DNA from: Candidatus Aenigmatarchaeota archaeon
GTDB lineage: Archaea > Aenigmatarchaeota > Aenigmatarchaeia > Aenigmatarchaeales > JACQIB01
Direction: 5' to 3'
DNA length: 11,762 nucleotides
Assembly: GCA_046760225.1 (NCBI GenBank)
Contig: JBHIDR010000024.1
Location: 1-11,762, forward strand
Shown here: one piece after another, positions 6,571 to 11,762 of the stretch
Numbering within the stretch: the stretch's first letter is position 1
How the letters are laid out: each line of letters starts with the position of its first letter
The notes under the pieces: generated by a model
The model's database searches: none
Seen by the model: only the letters and a program-made list of their open reading frames with translations
Told to the model about the DNA's origin: nothing
Program-made: the position numbers and the translations under genes

Positions 6571-9192
6571 TCATTCACCCTGTTCATATGAAAGCCTTTT
6601 CTGCATCCTGTAGAGCTTGTCATCAAGTGCTTTGATTATGTCTCCCATGGGCTCCTTTCCCCTGTTTCTTTTGAGGTCTTCCAGCTGCTCCTCTACGTTG
6701 TCAATCCTAAAGTGGGCATCACTCTGTGCCATCTGCGCCTTTATTGCAGCAATTTCCTGCTGGATGTGCATTATGTGCTGCTGTATTGAATCAAGCTGGG
6801 AAAGCCCGCTCCTTATAACCTGAAGTTCGTCCCCAAAGGTTAAATTCTTTGGCATTTCAGCCAGATGTTTACCCATTGAGTTCACTGTCGAGTGCAGGCT
6901 ATCTATTGCTGTACTCATCGTGCTTAGCTCCTTCATGCTCTTTTCCATGGCATTGAGCCTTTTTTCCATGTCCTCCAGCTGGTTGCTCTGGCTTATGCTG
7001 TTAGCAAGCTCAAGTAAGGCGGTGTCCATCTCCTTCTTTGATACAAAGTCCTTGGGCATTTTACCTTCTATTTCCTTGACCTTGTCCTCAATAAAGGAAG
7101 AAATGCTTCCCATATCAGGCTTCTGTACCATCTTGCCCCTTGTCTCTGAAATCATTTCCTGCAACCTCTCCTTTTCCTGCTCCAGCTCCTTAATCCTGTT
7201 CTGCAGGGAATCCATTATCTTCCTTTCCTCTGTCCTGTCCTGGCTTTCAGAGACCTTCTTTATTTCAGAAAACATCACCTGGTTCCTGCTCTCGACCATG
7301 GAAAGTCCCTGTTTGAGGGATGCCAATTCATTCTGAATATTGTTTCTCAGCTCTTCCATGCTTTTGATCACTGGTGCGATCTCAGATGAGAAGTCCTGGG
7401 CGTTTATTCTGGCATTTATGTCATTTGCCCATTGCTTCAGGTTGACAACCTGCTGCTCCAGTTTCCTTCTCTCTGTTTCTATTTTTTCATCAATGGACCT
7501 GGCGAACTCTTCATTCAGCTTGTTGCTCATCCGTACCTCCAAATCTTCAATTTCCGGTTTCTTTACAATATCCTCTGGCAATTCTGGCACCTCCTCTTCG
7601 ACTTTATCTATTCTTCTTTCCAGCTCATCCATTCTTGAAGTATCAGTCTCAGGCCGGATTTCCTCTATTTCCCTCAGCTTGCTCTCGATTTCCGCTCTCT
7701 TTCCTCTCTCTTCTGCAAGCCTGTTTCTTATCTCTTCAATATCAGTGTTTATAATATTCCTTAGTTTCCTGATATCATCATGACCTATGAGGTTCCTCTC
7801 TATACTTTCTATTACCCTCTCTATTTTTCTTATACCTTCCCCTGCCTTGGCCATTTCACTGTCCCTTCCCACCAGCCTGTTTTGCAGCTCATTGACCATC
7901 TGCCTGTTTTGCATTATTTCTTTCTGCAGCACTGCTCTCCTGCTTTCTTCCTCTGCTTTTATCCTTTCGTACCATCGGGATACCATTTCTCCTACATTAG
8001 AAATATCAGTTTCTTTTACTGACTTCTCAATATCCTGGATTTTTCCCTCTATATTATTTATCTTGTGGGAGTGATTGGGAATTGAAATGCTGGAAACAGT
8101 GCTTTCCAGCTCCCTTATCTTTTTCCGCAAGTCTTGGATGTCCTCAGAATAATCATGTATTGAAGACACTGTGCCTTCTATTTCCCTTATCTTCTTCCTG
8201 ATACCATCTATATCAGCAGAATAATCAGGAAACGATATCTTTGACAGCTTGTCTTCAAGCTCTTTGACCTCCCTCCTGATCAGTTTGATCTCCCTTGTGT
8301 TGTCAACCAACTTGAGGTCTTCTATTTCTGAAGAAAATCTTGATATAATGTCATGGTTCTTTCCTATTCCCTTGAGCGCTGTGTTTACGCTCTCCTCTAT
8401 GGTGCTGCCCCAGTTGCCCAGTGACTTCAGGGTAGAGTTTGCCTTCTCAATCCTGTTCTTGTTTTCCTTGACTTCTTCAGCAAGTGATTTTGTTATCCTC
8501 AGGCTCTTGCTCAGGCTGCTTATGCATTCCTTGAGCTCATCAATGTCCCTTTCTATGCCTGACATCTCCTCTTTTCTTGCGAACTTCTTGTCAAAATCAG
8601 AAGCAGCATCAAACAGCTTCTTGTTGAGCGTTGATATTGCAGAATTTATGAACTCTATCTTTTCCCTGAAATTATATTCCTGCTTTTCGAGCTGTTCATC
8701 CAGCTCCTTGGGCAGCCTTTCCAGCTTCCTTATCTTCCTTTCCAGCTCGTCCATTGATCTTCTGAACTTCTTGTTCAGTACCTTGAAATCTCCTGCCTCG
8801 GTCCTGATGTCCTTTTGGAAAACCTTCATCTTGCTTTCAAGTTCATTCCTTGCTGCTCGTGTCTCCCTTATCCCGCGCTCCAGCTCTGTTTTTACTTCCT
8901 TTATGTTTTTTAATTCCCTGTCCAGCTCCCTCACGGATTTCTGGATGTTGAGAAGAACTCTTCTGTCGGCCTTCTCGTCCTTCAGGTCCATCAGTTTCCT
9001 TTGAAGCATGGAAAGCGACTTCTTTGTCTGCCTTTCCAGACGCTCTGTAGCCTTGATTTTTATCAGCGTCGAGCCCGCGCCTTCCCTGTACATCTCAGAC
9101 AGTCTCTCGTCAATGTCAGCTATCCTTCTGTTCAAATCAGCTATTTTTGATTTGAAATCAGCTGGACTATTAAGAACCACACGTTCCCCCAT
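6571..9192 (-). CDS. Long coiled-coil protein (873 aa) of unknown function
   Basis: E/K/R/I/L-rich heptad pattern over almost the whole length, broken by Pro-containing linkers; no Walker A/B, signal peptide or TM seen; TATA-like CTTAAAT (9216-9222, - strand) ~24 nt upstream. Confidence 0.85.
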   Translation of the reverse strand: MGERVVLNSPADFKSKIADLNRRIADIDERLSEMYREGAGSTLIKIKATERLERQTKKSLSMLQRKLMDLKDEKADRRVLLNIQKSVRELDRELKNIKEVKTELERGIRETRAARNELESKMKVFQKDIRTEAGDFKVLNKKFRRSMDELERKIRKLERLPKELDEQLEKQEYNFREKIEFINSAISTLNKKLFDAASDFDKKFARKEEMSGIERDIDELKECISSLSKSLRITKSLAEEVKENKNRIEKANSTLKSLGNWGSTIEESVNTALKGIGKNHDIISRFSSEIEDLKLVDNTREIKLIRREVKELEDKLSKISFPDYSADIDGIRKKIREIEGTVSSIHDYSEDIQDLRKKIRELESTVSSISIPNHSHKINNIEGKIQDIEKSVKETDISNVGEMVSRWYERIKAEEESRRAVLQKEIMQNRQMVNELQNRLVGRDSEMAKAGEGIRKIERVIESIERNLIGHDDIRKLRNIINTDIEEIRNRLAEERGKRAEIESKLREIEEIRPETDTSRMDELERRIDKVEEEVPELPEDIVKKPEIEDLEVRMSNKLNEEFARSIDEKIETERRKLEQQVVNLKQWANDINARINAQDFSSEIAPVIKSMEELRNNIQNELASLKQGLSMVESRNQVMFSEIKKVSESQDRTEERKIMDSLQNRIKELEQEKERLQEMISETRGKMVQKPDMGSISSFIEDKVKEIEGKMPKDFVSKKEMDTALLELANSISQSNQLEDMEKRLNAMEKSMKELSTMSTAIDSLHSTVNSMGKHLAEMPKNLTFGDELQVIRSGLSQLDSIQQHIMHIQQEIAAIKAQMAQSDAHFRIDNVEEQLEDLKRNRGKEPMGDIIKALDDKLYRMQKRLSYEQGE
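8017..8226 (-). repeat. Internal tandem 24-26-aa repeat in the coiled-coil gene
   Basis: DYSADIDGIRKKIREIEGTVSSIH / DYSEDIQDLRKKIRELESTVSSISIP / NHSHKINNIEGKIQDIEKSV; the first two units start 72 nt apart (8226, 8154). Confidence 0.75.
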
Positions 9193-9235
9193 GCCTTAAT
9201 ATACGATAGAAAAACATTTAAGGGTTAAATGAGGG

Positions 9236-9886
9236 TTAAAATTTCACTACCCTCTTTCCCCTTACCTTCTTTTCCCTTTCTGTCTCACCAAACATGTCAT
9301 GGTGCACAAAGTCCTTCAGGGGATGCCTGGGTGATGCAGCAGGGACTTCATCCGGCCAGCCAACTGCAATTATTGCAGCAGGCCTCACATAGTCAGGACA
9401 GTGTAATATTGTGGAGACCATTGGCTCGCTGAAAGCACCTACCCAGCTTGTACCAAGGCCAAGCGCTGTTGCAGCAAGGAGCATGTTCTCTGTTGCATTT
9501 GCAACATCCTGTACGCAGTAAAGTTTCTCCCCTCTTTCACCATAGTTCGCACTTGCAATGCGCATGTTTATGCAAGCAACAATGAGAACAGGCGCAGTGA
9601 GCATCCAGTTCTGGTCAAAGGCAGCATGAGCCAGCTGCTGCTTTAGCTTCTCGTCCCTTACAACAACAAACTCCCATGGCTGCTGGTTGCCTGCTGAAGG
9701 AGCATACGAGGCTGCAATCAGTATGTCCTCTATCAGGCTGTCCGAAACATCTGCTTTCTTGAACTTCCTCACAGATACCCTGGACTTTATATTTTCAAAT
9801 ACAACGTCCCATATAGTGGACTTGCCTCTGGGAAGCTCCACCTTCTTTTTCTTTTTTGCAAACTTAGAGACTGTCTTGAATGGCAT
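9236..9886 (-). CDS. Nitroreductase family (FMN-dependent) protein, 216 aa
   Basis: IKSRVSVRKFK, AASYAPSAGNQQPWEFVVV, DVANATENMLLAATALGLGTSWVG, IAVGWPDE motifs. Start moved to ATG 9886 (MPFKTV...), which avoids overlap with the ligase and has TTTAAA ~22 nt upstream. Confidence 0.93.
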   Translation of the reverse strand: MPFKTVSKFAKKKKKVELPRGKSTIWDVVFENIKSRVSVRKFKKADVSDSLIEDILIAASYAPSAGNQQPWEFVVVRDEKLKQQLAHAAFDQNWMLTAPVLIVACINMRIASANYGERGEKLYCVQDVANATENMLLAATALGLGTSWVGAFSEPMVSTILHCPDYVRPAAIIAVGWPDEVPAASPRHPLKDFVHHDMFGETEREKKVRGKRVVKF

Positions 9887-9945
9887 AAGAATAATTGAGA
9901 TGGAATGTTTAAATAGCTTTTTATTAGGGTAATCAAATATTAAAT
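9887..9945. promoter_or_regulatory. Compact back-to-back promoters for nitroreductase and DNA ligase
   Basis: 59-bp spacer with TTTAAA at 9908-9913 (for - strand gene) and TTTTTATT at 9918-9925 (for + strand gene), each ~21-22 nt from its ATG; no SD seen. Confidence 0.55.
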
Positions 9946-11637
9946 ATGCGCTACTCTGAGCTGGCTGATGTTTATGAGGAGCTCCTTGGAACAACCAAGA
10001 AGCTGGAAAAAACAGAAATTGTGGCAAAGCTTTTGAAAAAAACACCCACTGACCTGATTACAAAGGTTGTCCTGCTTCTGAATGGAAAGGTCTTCCCATC
10101 CTGGTCAGAGGAAGTCATAGGTGTGGCCAACCAGCTCATGATAAAGGCAATAGCAAAGGCAAGCGGCAAAACCGCAGCTGAGGTGACAAAAGACTTCAAG
10201 AAAACAGGTGACCTTGGCCTCACAGCAGAAAACCTTCTAAAAAAGAGGAAGCAGGCAACACTCAAGAAAAGAATTCTTACTGTTGACAATGTCTTTGATG
10301 GCATACAGAAAATATCAAAGCAGACAGGCAAGGGCTCTCAGGAAAGGAAGCTCAGCATCATCTCCCACCTGCTTGTCTCAGCCAAGCCAAAGGAGGCAAA
10401 GTACATTGTGCGCACTGTACTGGAAGAGTTGAGGGTAGGTGTTGCGGAAGGAATCATAAGGGATGCTATTGCAAAGGCATTTGATGTAGATAAGAAACTG
10501 GTTGAGCATGCATGGTTCCTGAAGCAGGATTATGGCGAAGTTGCAAGAATAGCCAAGAAAGCAAAGGAAAGGGGACTGAAGAAAATTGAAATCGAGATAA
10601 GCAAGCCCATAGCAGTGCTTCTCGGAGAGAAAGCACCTACCTTGAAGGACGCCCTCAAGAAGTTTGATAAGGTGGCAATTGAAGTAAAGTACGACGGCAT
10701 GCGGGCTCAGATACAGAAAAAGGGAAACAAGATATGGGTGTTCACAAGGAGGCAGGAGAATGTCACAAACCAGTTCCCTGACATTGTTGAGTACGCTAAG
10801 AAGGGCCTTAAGGCAAAGGAATGCATTGTGGAAGGTGAGGTATTGGGAATAGACCCAAAGACCAGGAAACCCATGCCGTTCCAAAGACTTTCCCAGAGGA
10901 TAAAGAGGAAGTACAGGATAAGGGAGATGACAAAGGAGATTCCTGTTCAGATAAACCTCTTTGACATAGTCTACATCAATGGAAACACACTTTTTGACAA
11001 GAAGTTCTCTGAAAGGAGAAAGATACTGGAAAGGAATGTAAAGCCCATAAAGGGCAAGTTCCAGCTTGCAGAGCAATTGGTAACAAAGGACCTGAAAAAA
11101 GCAGACAAATTCTACAAGAAGTCCCTTGATGCTGGACAGGAAGGCGTTATGGTAAAGAACCTTGATGCAAAATATGTATTCGGAAGAAGAGTAGCAGGAG
11201 GCTGGCTAAAGGTAAAGCCCACACTCGAGAACCTTGACCTTGCAATAATAGGGGGCACATGGGGAACCGGCAAGAGGGCAGGATGGATTGGCTCGCTCAT
11301 ACTTGGTGTAAGAAAAGGTGACAAGTTCCTTGAGTGCGGCATGCTTGGCACAGGAATAAAGGAAAAAAAGACAAAGCCAGAGGACGTGACTTTTGCTGAC
11401 ATGACAAAGATGCTCAAGCCCCACATAGAATCAGAAAAAGCCCATCATGTCAAGATAAAGCCCAAGATAATAATCGAGGTTGCTTATGAGGAAATACAGC
11501 GCTCCCCAACATATGAGAGCGGTTATGCCCTGAGATTTCCCAGATTTTTGCGCCTCAGGCCTGACAAGTCACCCAAGGACGCTGATGATATTAACAGGAT
11601 GCAAAAGATTTACAAAATGCAGAAGGGAAAGAAGTAG
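9946..11637 (+). CDS. lig: ATP-dependent DNA ligase (archaeal type)
   Basis: 563 aa with N-terminal DNA-binding domain and motifs I EVKYDGMR, III EGEVL, IIIa LFDIVY, IV EGVMVK, V WLKVKP, VI LRFPRFLRLRPDK. Confidence 0.97.
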   Translation: MRYSELADVYEELLGTTKKLEKTEIVAKLLKKTPTDLITKVVLLLNGKVFPSWSEEVIGVANQLMIKAIAKASGKTAAEVTKDFKKTGDLGLTAENLLKKRKQATLKKRILTVDNVFDGIQKISKQTGKGSQERKLSIISHLLVSAKPKEAKYIVRTVLEELRVGVAEGIIRDAIAKAFDVDKKLVEHAWFLKQDYGEVARIAKKAKERGLKKIEIEISKPIAVLLGEKAPTLKDALKKFDKVAIEVKYDGMRAQIQKKGNKIWVFTRRQENVTNQFPDIVEYAKKGLKAKECIVEGEVLGIDPKTRKPMPFQRLSQRIKRKYRIREMTKEIPVQINLFDIVYINGNTLFDKKFSERRKILERNVKPIKGKFQLAEQLVTKDLKKADKFYKKSLDAGQEGVMVKNLDAKYVFGRRVAGGWLKVKPTLENLDLAIIGGTWGTGKRAGWIGSLILGVRKGDKFLECGMLGTGIKEKKTKPEDVTFADMTKMLKPHIESEKAHHVKIKPKIIIEVAYEEIQRSPTYESGYALRFPRFLRLRPDKSPKDADDINRMQKIYKMQKGKK

Positions 11638-11698
11638 TCCTTGGGTTTTGACTTTTTATAGTACAAATATGTAAAAGAGTTCGTTTTTAACATATGCG

Positions 11699-11757
11699 AT
11701 TTAACGAAGTCGGCGTTAGCCGATTTGGTGAAGCGAGGTGCAACCGAGCGTAACCTC
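11699..11757. other. GC-richer hairpin-forming non-coding element, possibly truncated by the window end
   Basis: AAGTCGGC-GTTA-GCCGATTT stem-loop (11707-11726, one G-T pair) and GAGGT...ACCTC pairing (11735-11739 / 11753-11757). Confidence 0.4.
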
Positions 11758-11762
11758 TTAAT

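Noticed and set aside
6571..9192. SMC/Rad50 or methyl-accepting chemotaxis protein assignment
   Set aside because: No Walker A/B, signature motif, zinc hook or MCP hairpin-tip motif visible.
6179..9199. Ser/Phe/Leu-rich plus-strand ORFs (e.g. 8249..9004, 7340..7783, 6920..7336)
   Set aside because: Typical antisense readings of E/K/R-rich coiled-coil codons; no independent evidence of coding.
9221..9240. AGGGTTAAA direct repeat (two copies) between nitroreductase and coiled-coil genes
   Set aside because: Only 9 bp, overlapping a stop codon and a TATA box; cannot be separated from chance.
9887..10045. N-terminal 53-aa extension of the nitroreductase given in the ORF track
   Set aside because: Overlaps the ligase start and the divergent promoter; ATG 9886 has a correctly spaced TATA box.
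9972..11426. Minus-strand ORFs within the ligase gene
   Set aside because: Antisense shadows of a conserved housekeeping gene.
11694..11753. 19-codon ORF MRFNEVGVSRFGEARCNRA
   Set aside because: Too short, no recognisable features; the hairpin structure explains the sequence better.

Overview
Archaeal genomic DNA, judged from the archaeal-type ATP-dependent DNA ligase, TATA boxes ~20-30 nt upstream of mostly leaderless starts and a sequon-rich surface protein; a DPANN-like lineage is my inference only. Left: a large secreted adhesin-like glycoprotein on the - strand (<1..1707, missed by the ORF track because it runs off the window). It is divergent from a 767-aa protein built like a polymorphic toxin: signal peptide, TM, ~180-aa acid-free cationic amphipathic region, Gly/Ala-rich hydrophobic segments and an AT-rich C-terminal HExxH metallopeptidase domain. 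Behind it lies an AT-rich island (to 5952) with a two-copy cassette: [toxin C-terminal tail][promoter A + gene A][promoter B + gene B]. The promoters are near-identical between copies, the first gene B is truncated, and it is joined to a 15-codon relic of a variant toxin tail. Both A genes look like divergent single TFIIB/TFB cyclin-fold repeats. An RHH-like/wHTH regulator closes the island. Right: a membrane protein and an 873-aa coiled-coil protein (-), a nitroreductase (-), DNA ligase (+) and a hairpin-rich element cut by the window end. All family assignments are by eye; no searches were run.
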